Assembly: GCA_013265495.1 (NCBI GenBank)
Contig: MU057560.1
Coordinates: 2,852,909 to 2,912,908 of the forward strand
Length of the DNA: 60,000 nucleotides
Source of the DNA: Vicugna vicugna
Lineage: Eukaryota
Direction of reading: 5' to 3'
A model generated the notes under the pieces. It did no database searches and was not told the DNA's origin. It was given only the letters and a program-made list of their open reading frames with translations. Of the stretch, positions 49,771-60,000 are shown in pieces (positions within the stretch are counted from its first letter, which is position 1; each line of letters begins with the position of its first letter). The position numbers and the translations under genes were made by a program.

Positions 49771-50681
49771 GTCTTTTTTTTTAATTTGCCCAATGAAAAT
49801 TAGAAATAGGAATAATAAAAAATTGTTAATAGAATATAAATTAATATTAATGAGATTAATAAATATTAAACAACATAGAGGAATTTGAATTTCTTCATCC
49901 TTCTTTATAATAGTTTTATTCATAGTGGACCATCTGGAATTAATTGGATTTACTTCCTTCCTTCTGAATAGTGATTTTTGTGTGAGCCTCCAGTGAAAGA
50001 GAGAGAGCCCCTAATGTGGATACATTTTTCACATCATCTGTTCTGTGAATCCTCTGAATTTACTTCCGAAATTTAATGGATTTTATTTACATTAACCTTT
50101 CACTTTTTTTTTAAAGATATTTGCTGAGCATAGAGTTCTGGTGAAATATTTGGCCCAAAATCTAGCTTTGGGGTCTTTTCACATGTGACGACCACCCAGA
50201 AGCCAGGTAGTGAGTTTGGTGTCCTATTTAAATCTCCCCTGAATTAGAAAATTCAGGGTCAAATCAATTCATCTTGAAACTCTAAAATTAAAAGCTCCGA
50301 ACGGTGGGTTTCCTTTTTATTAGAACAGGACTGGGCTCCCTCTGGCTGGCGGCGCACACGCCTCCGTCAGATGCTTTTCCGTGTCACATACCTTTGCACC
50401 CAGCAGTGCGTGGCCCAGGCTGCGCGGCCGCGGGTGAGTAATTGCTTGTCTTTGCGGGGGCTGGTTCAGGAGCCGAGTGAGGGCTTGCTTCCTGATGTAT
50501 GCAGCCTCACTTGGGTTCCGCCGACAGCCTCGGGCTGTATTATTCATGCCTTGACAGCAAGCACTCACTGAAAGGCTTGGAACAGAGCCAGGACTGGGGG
50601 AGATGGTGGAGCATTGCAGCCTGCAACTGAGCGCAGCGTCTATAATCAAATATAAAAAAAAAAAGAAAGGAACGGAGGAAA

Positions 50682-50788
50682 NNNNNNNNNNNNNNNNNNN
50701 NNNNNNNNNNNNNNNNNNNNNNNNNNNNNNNNNNNNNNNNNNNNNNNNNNNNNNNNNNNNNNNNNNNNNNNNNNNNNNNNNNNNNNNN
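50682..50788. other. Assembly gap (107 N) between A/purine-rich tracts
   Basis: Run of N in the sequence. Confidence 1.
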
Positions 50789-53063
50789 AAAAAAAAAAAA
50801 AAAAAAAAGGCTGGAGCAGGAGGAAAGAGGGAGAAGTAGGGATCCCTGTACCTCCCTGCTGCTCGTTTCACCTTGACAGAATTTTCATTTGCGTTAAAAT
50901 AAACCCTCAAAATAATTGCATTTTTTCCCTAACCACGCTTGAAAGTTTAACACAATTTTCCACATTTAATTGCAAAGCTGATTTTAATTAGTGGGGCCCC
51001 GCATGTGAAAAATGAAGATCCACTTGGGTGCGTGGAAACATTGCAGTGTCTGCTGAACGCTCTAATTAACGTCTGGCTGCGGTGCGGCAGGGCACACTGC
51101 GGGGCGGGGCGGTTGTGGGGAGGCATCTGCGCTCGCACGCACGGATGCAGCCACCCCGCAGCCGCACTGGGCTCCGCTTCGGGAATCCACACGGATCAAC
51201 AGCTCCCCCTTGGTTCGTTATGACACATCGTTGTGCATCACGCCATCCGTAAGCTACGGCATGCCCGCCCTTTCTGCTGTTTGTCACTAATGTTGTAAGT
51301 CAGAACTCAGCGCACGCCTACTATAGCATCAGTTTGATAGCTTGCAGAGTTGCGCATCGAGCAAACATTTGAGATTGAGGGACGCATCTGTGTGAAGAGG
51401 GGATTCAAAGCAAGTGGGCTCCCAGACGCAGCCTCGCTTGGTGCCTTGCTGCTCATGGCGTAGGCACAAACACAAAATCCAGGCAGTCTTTCTGGACCGT
51501 GGTGGTGTTAGCCTTTATTGTCACAATAAATCCTCTACCAAAAAAAAAAAAAGCTTCCTGTCCATTATCCCAAGGAACCAATTTGCCTGCTGCTTGTCTG
51601 AGGTCTGTCTCCTCACATGGATGGATCTCTGGCCCTGGCCTATTTTGTTATGTGTTTTAGAAGTCAGTGTGACTGATTCGGTGTATTTAAAACTGCAGAT
51701 AAAACATGTGGGGCCTTTCAGGGCATATTTTTGACATTTGGTAAAATTAAACATACTTTAAAAATAATGCAACGTTTGAAGAGAAGGAATACAGGTAATT
51801 TTCAGGCAGGGAGCTAAAAACAGTAAGTGCGCTTACAGGGAAGCTCTGATGTTCACAATCTGTGTTGGTGGAGACTAGACGTAGCAATTATAATCTCGGC
51901 CTGGTTTCGTGAGTAATGATTAAAAATACATAAACGTGGCTTTGAGCGTCCGTGGCACGCACACAAGAAACGGGTATGTGGTACCGCTGCTGGCTGGGAT
52001 CTGCCGGTTCTTGCGAGCAGGCCTGCGCTGGGGCTGCAGCACGTACACTTTCCAGAGCTGACGCGCGGGGAGGGTCCTGACACGATGGGGAGGGTGTCAG
52101 AGGGGGCTGACCCTGCTGAGCGATCACCCACGAGCGCCACCCACCTGCAGACAGCTGGCTCTGCAGCCAGGCCTGCCCCGGGTTGGGGTCCGTGCCTGCT
52201 CACACCCCAGGGACCAGGGACAGAAGGGAAGGGTGATGCCGAGTCAGTGGCTGCTGGATGGTCTGTGGACTCCATCCACCAAAGGGGCACACTGTCCCCA
52301 CTTGTCAGAGGCGGGGATGGGGGGTGGACCGATCGGACAGTGGGAGGTCCAGGTCGCCTTTCCAGGCAGCAGCTGCTTGTTCCTGGAATCTGCAGTCAGG
52401 ACCGGTGATCTCTGTGAAGCCAGCGTGATGGCGGCCTCGTGACCCAGCTTGGGGACAGTCACGTCATTGGTGTATTCGCACTTTGAGAAGTGGAGGAGTC
52501 CTGAGGGTGACCTGGCTCCTCCTGACACGGGAAGTGGTTGCTTCCCCTCCTCCCGGACCTTCTGTCCTGGAGGGAAAAGAGTGCTTCCAGGATGAGACCC
52601 CAGGACATCATCAAAGCCCAAACTCCAGAGCCTTCTTCCTGCAACACTGGTGAAAGTCACAGGACGGGACCTCCACCTCAGCTGGAACAGAAATTTGATG
52701 AGATTTTCTTGTCTGAAAATTTCTGTGTGGCTTAGAATCTTTCCAGCTACAAAAAAAAAAAAAAAAAAAAAGAGGAAAAACCCACCTCCAAGTGGCGTAA
52801 ACAGCACAGAATTAACTGTCTGCATAAGCTGGAAACTGAGGTCGACTCGCTGGGCGTCTGCTCCGTCCTCAGCCCGTCACGGCCCCCCGGCCTGGCTGCC
52901 CGGCCCGACGTCCAGGGAGGCTGGAGCGGTGGGGTCTGGAAGCTTCTCAGAAGAGGAACTTTCCGGGAAGCCACCCGCACCGCTGTGGGAGCTCCGGTGC
53001 TCCAGCAGGTCCACGCCGAGGCCTGGGCCCGCCCGGGACTGCAGGCCGGGGCAGCGTCCCTCA

Positions 53064-53334
53064 AGGGGGCTTCTCACAGTCGGGTCCCCTCACCTAGAAC
53101 ATCAGCGTCACCAGGGACTTCTAGAAGGGCAGCTTCTCAGCTACTCCCCAAGCCAAGACCCGCCTCCACCAAGGCCCGCCCCCCTCGCCCCAACCCAGAC
53201 CGTCCCCGCCTCAGAACACCTCAGACCTGTCTCCACCCAGCACTGCGGACTCAGGATCTGGGGGGAGGCCTGCTGTCTGTGTGTCCCTCCAACCCCCACC
53301 GGAGGACTCTGATGCCCTGAGTGTAAGGTCACTG
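53064..53334 (+). mobile_element. MER5A (hAT-Charlie) DNA transposon relic with internal expansion
   Basis: gcttctcacagtcgggtcccc..aacatcagcgtcaccagggactt..agaa..ttctcag, then ctggggggaggcc..tctgtgt..ggaggactctgatgc..aaggtcactg follow the MER5A layout. Confidence 0.7.
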
Positions 53335-55574
53335 ACCCTGAGGGCACGGGTCTGTATGTGCAGAGGGCAGACTCCAGGTCTACGGGGTTTAAGGTCCCCG
53401 GTGAGCACCTAGCAAACCAAGGCAGGACGTGTGTGAGTCTGAACACCAACCCAGCAGGCACGGGTGACACCTGAAACCTTGGTCTGAGTCCCTGGGCGCC
53501 GGGAGCCACCTTGGCACCTGCTCTGGTGTCTGCTGCCCTATAGGTCCACGTCCAGCCCAGGAATTTCTAACCGGGGCGGATCCCGGCTAGAAGCGTTTCC
53601 ACCACCCAGACCATAAGCCCACGTGGAGGCACACCCCCCCACAGCCCCAGCCATGCTCCCCACGTTGCTGACCCCCAGCTTCACTCCTGGGCCCCCAGTG
53701 GCCAGAAGGACAACTTCTAAGTGGGGACAGTGTCACCTTCCACTTCACTCTGTCCCCACCGTGGAATTGCCCTGAAAATGACAGCCATGGAGACATCTGA
53801 GTGGCTGGTCTCTGGGGAGAGACTGGACGGCTGTGTGGAGGGAGTCCAGGCTGAGGACCAGGCAGCCCCTGCAGATTCAGCCCTGTTCTCCGAGGGGATC
53901 CCCTCCCCGAGCCCACACGGGTAGGCTCAGAGCCCTCAGCCAGCCCTGCCTTGTGTGTGCCCCTGGGCCAGGAGGCTCGAGGGTCACCCGCCACTGTCTG
54001 CTCTGCGGCCTCAGCCTGAGCAGAGCCTGGTGGTCAGGAGCATACGGGCAATAAAGGGCCAAAGCAGCTCGGCTGAAAGTGACTCCGGGCGCATCCTGGA
54101 GCTTGTGCACAGTCTGAGGGGGGCCGTCTCCCCACTCACGCAGGACCGCGGGGCCTGTGCACTGGGAACAGAGCAGGAGGCAGACGCACCTTCCCTCCTG
54201 CGAAGCGAGCGCTCTGAGCCCCACCTGTGTAGTTCAGCCAATTCTAGGAGATCCACTAGCTCTGCTTTAGTAGCCACTCCGCGCCCGTGAGTGCTACCTG
54301 ACTGCGTCCGTCGTCGCCAGAGATACGCTTCCTCTACGTGGATGCATTTCCCAAAACTCTGGGAGGAGCGGAGGGGGCGTGAGCATCTCAGGAGAAGTTC
54401 TGTCCGCCAGTGATGCGTCGCGATACAGTGAAACGCTCGACTCACCCCGTCAGCCAATCCCGTGGCCGCTGAATGGCCTGCCGTGCTCCCTGAGAGCCGT
54501 GGGGACCACCTGCGCCAGGGCGGAAACTGAGCGCAGGGAGGCAGCTGTCGGGGCAGGACCCAGCAGACCCGGATCCTGGGCTAAGGTCTCCATGGCGGGC
54601 TGTGCTTCACTCCGTGTGACCCCGGGGTCCTCCCACGGTCACGTGCAGGTGGAGGAGTTAGTCACAGAGCAGCCATGTGACACTGTCCCGGAGCAGAAAC
54701 CCACCCTCAAAGGGCCGGAGGGGCAGGAGTGCAGTCACTGTGGCCCCAACCCCCCTGTAGGAACAGACTCTCTGGACCTCAGCCCCCTGGCCTGGCGGCC
54801 CCTCCAGCTCCAGAGCCCCCCACCGCCTCCCCGACCTCAGGGGGCACCAGTCAGACACTGCAGCGGCCATACCACCTCGAGGGACTGACCAGCTGGACTC
54901 TCCCCAAGGCAGCCTGGTTTTTGTCAGAGACGCTTCTTCAGTTAACCCAAACTGGTCTCTAACAAGTGATGGTGGAGGCAGAGGGGAGGTCTGGGGGCTG
55001 GGGTCCCGCCAGAGCCCCGTCCGCCCGGGAATCAGCAGCAGCCGGTCCGTGTCTCCAGGCCTGGGCCACCCGTGGGAGCTGCCCCGGGACCCCACGCGCA
55101 GTGCAGGCTGCCAGGGGCAGCGAGGCCTGGGCTTGGCGGTGTGAAACTTCAGAAAGTGAAAAGATAAAGGGGAGTTTGCGTTTCAGACCGTCTCAGCCGA
55201 TCCTCTCGGGGAATTTTATGGCAGCTGAAACCAAAAGAAACACTGCACTGGGTGCAAAGGTGACGTGGGATTAAAGGTGGGAAGTGCTCGTGTCCTTAAA
55301 TAAAGACGAAAACCGAGGTTAGGAAAGCAGGAGCAACGGCGGGGGCCGCCTTCCCGGACACCTGTCGCGCTCCTGTGACTGCTCGGCTCCGAGGGGCGGC
55401 ACGCCTTCCCCGGTCGTCAGGGTTTTCCTGGTTGCCGATGCACTTTACTCTTTGAATTAGTCTCACAGATGTAAACTCGCGTTTTCTAAATTTTTATTTC
55501 AGGTTATAACATGAGCCACTTCTGAGGCCACTGAGTGTTTTCATTTTAGTTGTCACGGGGACTTCCGTCCTGTG

Positions 55575-55832
55575 GGGAGACTGTGATTTATGCCACGCTC
55601 CTCTTACTGGAAGTCACTGGGGTTCACGTCTCACTTTTCCATGTTGTAGATCACATGCAGTTAAGTGTCTTTGCAGAGCGTTTTTACGGCTTTGGCTCTT
55701 TCTTTAGGGGAGCCTCGCACAGGAGGAGCCCTGGGTGGAGGGGTGTGAGGACGTGGGCCGTTCTAAAGCTTCTTTCCAGCAAGATGGGACCCGTCTGTGT
55801 TCCCACCAGCAGAGGGGAGGGTGCCCGTTTCC
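55575..55832 (-). mobile_element. Ancient L1 (L1ME-like) fragment
   Basis: tctttctttagg..gccctgggtggagggg..ttctttccagc..ttcccaccagcagaggggagggtgcccgtttcc. Confidence 0.5.
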
Positions 55833-56299
55833 TACTGCAGATAATGCAGAATAATTGTTCTTAAAGGACTTTCTTCTTACTCAAGAGAAAATTGTTTGTA
55901 TGAGGGTATATTTTTATAAGATTGATCATTTCTTAAACAATGCTATTGCTCGAAATTTAAGCCACACTTTGTACTTTTTAAATGAGCTCCATTACTAGTG
56001 CCCAGGCAAGCTTCCCCCAGCCACCTCCCCCCAGGCCGGCCCTAGGGTGGCCCTCCCCGCGGTCGAGTGAGAAGCAGGCTTCCAGGCAGACGGCGATGCT
56101 CCGTGCCAGGCAGGAGGTGAAGGGCTCTCCTTCTTTGCCCTGGTCCCCTGGTCCCCACTCCAGCCACCCACCAGCTTTGCGCGCCAAGCACGGGAGCAGG
56201 CGAGAACCCAGGGGCCCGGGTCACCAGGGCCATGAGGGTGGGGACAGAGCCCCTGAGTGAGGAAGCTGCGCCCGAACGTTACATGAAAACGTCTTAGAT

Positions 56300-56595
56300 C
56301 TTTATTGTATCGAAATAGGGTTGACTTACAACGTTGTGCTAGTTTCTGGTGGACAGCACAGTGATTCAGCTGCACACATATATATTCTTGCTCACTGTAG
56401 GCTGTTACGAGATATTGAATATAGCTACCTGTGCTCCACACTAGGACCTTGTTTTTTATCTATTTTACGTATAATGGTTAGTATCTGTAATCCCGAACTG
56501 CCAGTTTGTCTCCCCACGCCCCCACCCCCCGTAACCGTAAGTTTGTCTTCTGTGTCTGTGAGTCTGTCTCTGTTTTGTAAACAAGCTCACTGCGC
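56300..56595 (-). mobile_element. Cetartiodactyl-type L1 3' end
   Basis: gttgacttacaacgttgtgctagtttctggt..cagcacagtgattcag..gatattgaatatagc..gtctgtgagtctgtctctgttttgtaaacaagctca. Confidence 0.88.
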
Positions 56596-59500
56596 TTTGG
56601 CTCCAGTAGGCAGGACCCTGGTCCATCGCTTCACCTCCGCGGGTCCATGTCCTGAGTGATTCGACCCTCACCTGAGGCTTCACTTTACACGAGGATCCAT
56701 CACAGCTGCCCGTTAAAGAGCAGCTTTCTCTTCCACACTCAAAACGCAGTATCTGAAGCAAGATATTTGATCCGCTGGCCACTGAGGCACAGTTTCTGCC
56801 CGTTTATAAAACCTTCTCCCCAGGCAGATTGTCATCGAGTCCTCTGAAGTCAGAGGGCCCTCCCCCTTTGCCTCACTCCGCGGCCCACGGCGGCCACTCC
56901 TCAGGCGCCTGCGGGAAGATGCTGCTGCCGATGTAACAGGACACCGAGGGGGGGGTGCCTAGGGGGGTGGTCTCTGCTCTGTGGACACGTGGGCTCCACT
57001 TTGTCCTGTCCCAGCTCAGAGCCCTTAGTCGGTCTTACTCCCTCCCTCACAGGAAGTATTCTTGGTTACTGTCTGACACCTGCGGCCTCCATGCGAGTCA
57101 GGAACGTGGCCGTGCCCAGAGCATCATTGGAGGGAACAGGGCCCCCAGCCCCCTGTGGACTCATGGACTTGACAGGGTGTCCCAGGTGCCCTCAGAGTCA
57201 CGGTGGGGGCCAGGGATTGGAAGAGGAGGGGCAGCGTCCCCCTGGGTCAGCCAGCCTTCCTGGGGAGACTGTCTACCTGGCCAGGGCGGGGACGTGGGCC
57301 CTCAGGGTGGGGAGGGGAGTGCTGCTCATCTGTCCGTCGCCATTCAGTCCATGAGGCCAAGCTCTTTGTGAGGCTGTGCTGTGTCAGGGCGAGATCCACG
57401 TGGTAACAGGTTGGATTCCTGGCCTCCGATGGGCTCTGCGCCCGAGCAGAGAGGGCGGTGGGCCCAGACTTAGCGGCTGCAGTCAGCAGGAGGCTGAGAG
57501 GCCCCGAGCCCCTGCGATGGAGGTGGGAGTCAGCCCGATGGACCCGGACCCGGCGCTGGAGGGGCCCAGGGAGGCCAGGGGACGGCGGCCGCCCCTGCGG
57601 GGGAGGGTCAGGTCTGGGAGGAAAGTGAGAAGGGAGGCTGTGGCTTGAGAAGGCCTGGATCACGGGCGGTCCCCACGTCGGGCAGGAGATGCGGGAGCCC
57701 CGCCCTGGGTCTGACCCAGCGTGCATGCTGGGGCGTTGGGGAGGGGAGTGAGGACCTCTGGAGATCAGCGGCCGCCTGCAGTCAGTGTGTCAGAGGAGGT
57801 GAAAGGCGTGCGCTCTCTTCGCGACCAGGTGAGCAGCGGGCAGATCAGCGAGAGAGGTGGAGAGACCGCGGACGCCCGGGGACGGACGCAGCGGGACCCA
57901 GAGCTGACGGGGGCAGGAGGGGCGGGGGGAGGAGGGTCCGGCTTGATTCAGGCCCCGCGGTTCTCGGCCGTGGTTCAGTACAAAGCACGGAGCGCAGGAA
58001 GGTCGGCATCTCAGGACACGCTGAACGTGGTTTGTGTGCCGCGGCCGACGATTTCTCTCATCTCAGCCCTCCGTGGAACGAGGCAGACTCACTCCACACG
58101 TGTGCACTGCACGGGCCTCGCCGTCACAAGAGCACCCTGACCCCGGGCGCGTGCTGGGGGCCTGAGTGCGGGGAGGCGCGAGCTTTGCTCGGGTCACAGT
58201 GGCAGGAGCCAGTCGCTGGCTGGCAGGTCCGGCCTCCCCGTTCTAACCCCGTCCTCTCGCCATGATGCCGACCTGCCCACAGCCGCTTCCCAGAGCGACA
58301 TGAACACTCCTGTGCTGGGGCTGCTGCCAGCAGGGCACGTGGAGCCTGGACCCGGTCCCGGGAGTCTGAGATACTGTGGAGGTTCTTCCTGATGAACTGA
58401 AGCTGAGGTCCCACCGTGGCCAGGCCCCCCCCTGAAACGAGGGTGATTCGTGGGTGAAGGAGGCTCGTGGCAGCAGCCACTTGAGGACCCCGGTCCACGC
58501 TGCCCGACCCAGCCTGGGCTCCGGCCAGGGAAGCCCAGCTGCTCTGCACAACATTGTGCAGAGCTGGAAGCACTGGGGCTCACTGGTTTAGCTGTTGGGG
58601 GCTTGTCTCTGGGGTCAGACCCACCGCTCTGCCTTGGAAGACATGGGACTGTCAAGGCCAGGGCATCGTTCTCAGCCCTGGGTGGGGGCGTCATTTTCAC
58701 ACAAGAGTCACTTTTGGAGAAACCAAATTACCGTGGGCTGCAGGACTTCACCCAAAGGTGACGTCCCTGGAGGCGGGACGCCGCGGTGCTGGACTCGTCA
58801 GAACACACGGAGGGCACCCCTCCCCTCTGCGAGGCCTGGGCCTGGCCTCCACCGTGACCTTTCTGCTCTTGAGACCAAGCAAAGGGAGGCCAGGACTGGG
58901 AGCCGGTCACCTCTTCTCCCTGCAGACCCGGCCTTCAGACCCAAGCCTTTGCCCCCCGGAGGGAGGAGGGGGCAGGATCGGGCGGTCTGAGCAAGCTGAC
59001 AAGCAGCCCCGAAGGGGGCTGGCATTAGTTCCGGGCTGCCTCCCAAGGCACGTGGCCCCGGGAAGCCCTGCACCTGTCAGGTGAGGGACCCCGCTGACCG
59101 GCCTTAGGGCCACGTTCTCTGCTCTGAGACGCAGCCTTTGGTTCAGGTTCTGCAGTTGCTGCTGCTTCCCAGCAATGCGGCTCCGGGACACCCATGCGTT
59201 CCCTTGTCATCAGTTGTCACGTTAGCATCCGTCAGGCTCTGAGAAGCCAACACCCCCAAACCAGTCCACGCTCTGTACACGGATCTTCACTCATTTCTTT
59301 TTAGCACCTGATAATTTTTACTTGATGAGAGTGACCTATTAAAAAAAATGTGAGGAACCCGACTGTAATAGCAACTGTGAAAGGAAACTGAGCAGAAGCC
59401 TGGGGGGGGGGGGGACCTGGCAGCCAGGCAAGTGGCTGAGCCCCCAGCCCCTCCCCAGCAGGAGTCTTCCTTGGACAGAGAGCCCCGCGTGACGGAGGCC

Positions 59501-60000
59501 CCGAGACACCTGGCCTCTAGCCCGAGTTCCAGAAAACTTGAAGACCCTGGAAATCTGATCGACCCCTTCCTCCCACGGACAGGGACCTGGCACTGATGGA
59601 GGGACCCACTCGAGGTCACACAAGTAAAGAGAGATTTCAAATCCAGCTCCTCTGGTCCAGGCTCGGGTTTGGTTCCATCTGTGGGCTGAGATTCCTCTCT
59701 CTGCTCACAGGGAGGGGAGGCGGGCAGCTCTTAAGAAAACCAACAGAAAAGAAGAAAAACCGTCTGTTTAGTATCACTAAACGTGGAGACAGATAAAACG
59801 GAGCAGCGTCGTGGACATTCAGCCAGGCGCTGCGTTGGAGGCCAGCTGAGTTGGATTTGACTCTGAAGCCGGGGAAGCACCTGCCTCCTCTTGGGTAGGC
59901 CCCTCAGCGGACCTCCTGCCACCAGAGAGGAGCAAGACTGCCTTTCTTCAGAAAGGAAGAGGAGTGCCTCAGATCTCACCCCAGGGCTGACCCCAACCCC

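Larger units (their letters stand above)
1..60000 (+). other. MYT1L: MYT1L gene body: 5'-UTR introns before 44242 and a long intron after 44786; next coding exon (..VYGCPLA..) not found in the window
   Basis: The ATG exon has a splice acceptor, so non-coding exons must lie upstream. MYT1L is known to have several non-coding 5' exons separated by large introns. No other credible coding exon was seen. Confidence 0.8.

Noticed and set aside
52751..52771. A21 tract as the tail of a processed pseudogene
   Set aside because: No upstream AATAAA, no recognisable parent sequence and no target-site duplication.
1..60000. Scattered AAAGTT hexamers as a MYT1L autoregulatory array
   Set aside because: They are dispersed and no more frequent than chance would plausibly give for a 6-mer in 60 kb.

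Overview
Mammalian genomic DNA, GC- and CpG-rich, most likely camelid. The assignment rests on a tRNA-derived SINE at 28383 resembling the camelid Vic-1 family and on cetartiodactyl-type L1 3' ends. The window lies inside the neuronal transcription-factor gene MYT1L on the + strand. It holds the first three coding exons (44242-44296, 44460-44493, 44724-44786; 55+34+63 nt). These splice to [51 protein letters not shown], the N-terminus plus most of the first CCHHC zinc finger. The rest is 5'-UTR intron upstream and a long intron downstream, filled with L1, L2, MIR, MaLR, MER5A and SINE relics, with a 107-N assembly gap. Almost every ORF in the supplied track is spurious. The most striking non-coding structures are: (i) a ~1.19 kb, ~99-unit 12-bp minisatellite 2.7 kb upstream of the ATG exon in which nearly every unit carries an E-box; (ii) a 4x10-bp octamer/branch-point array abutting a candidate 7-nt microexon; (iii) an orphan intronic CpG island ending in a splice donor; (iv) a palindromic two-way AATAAA; (v) a locally templated insertion inside an L1. 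I see no evidence of a new protein-coding system. The regulatory ideas are hypotheses.
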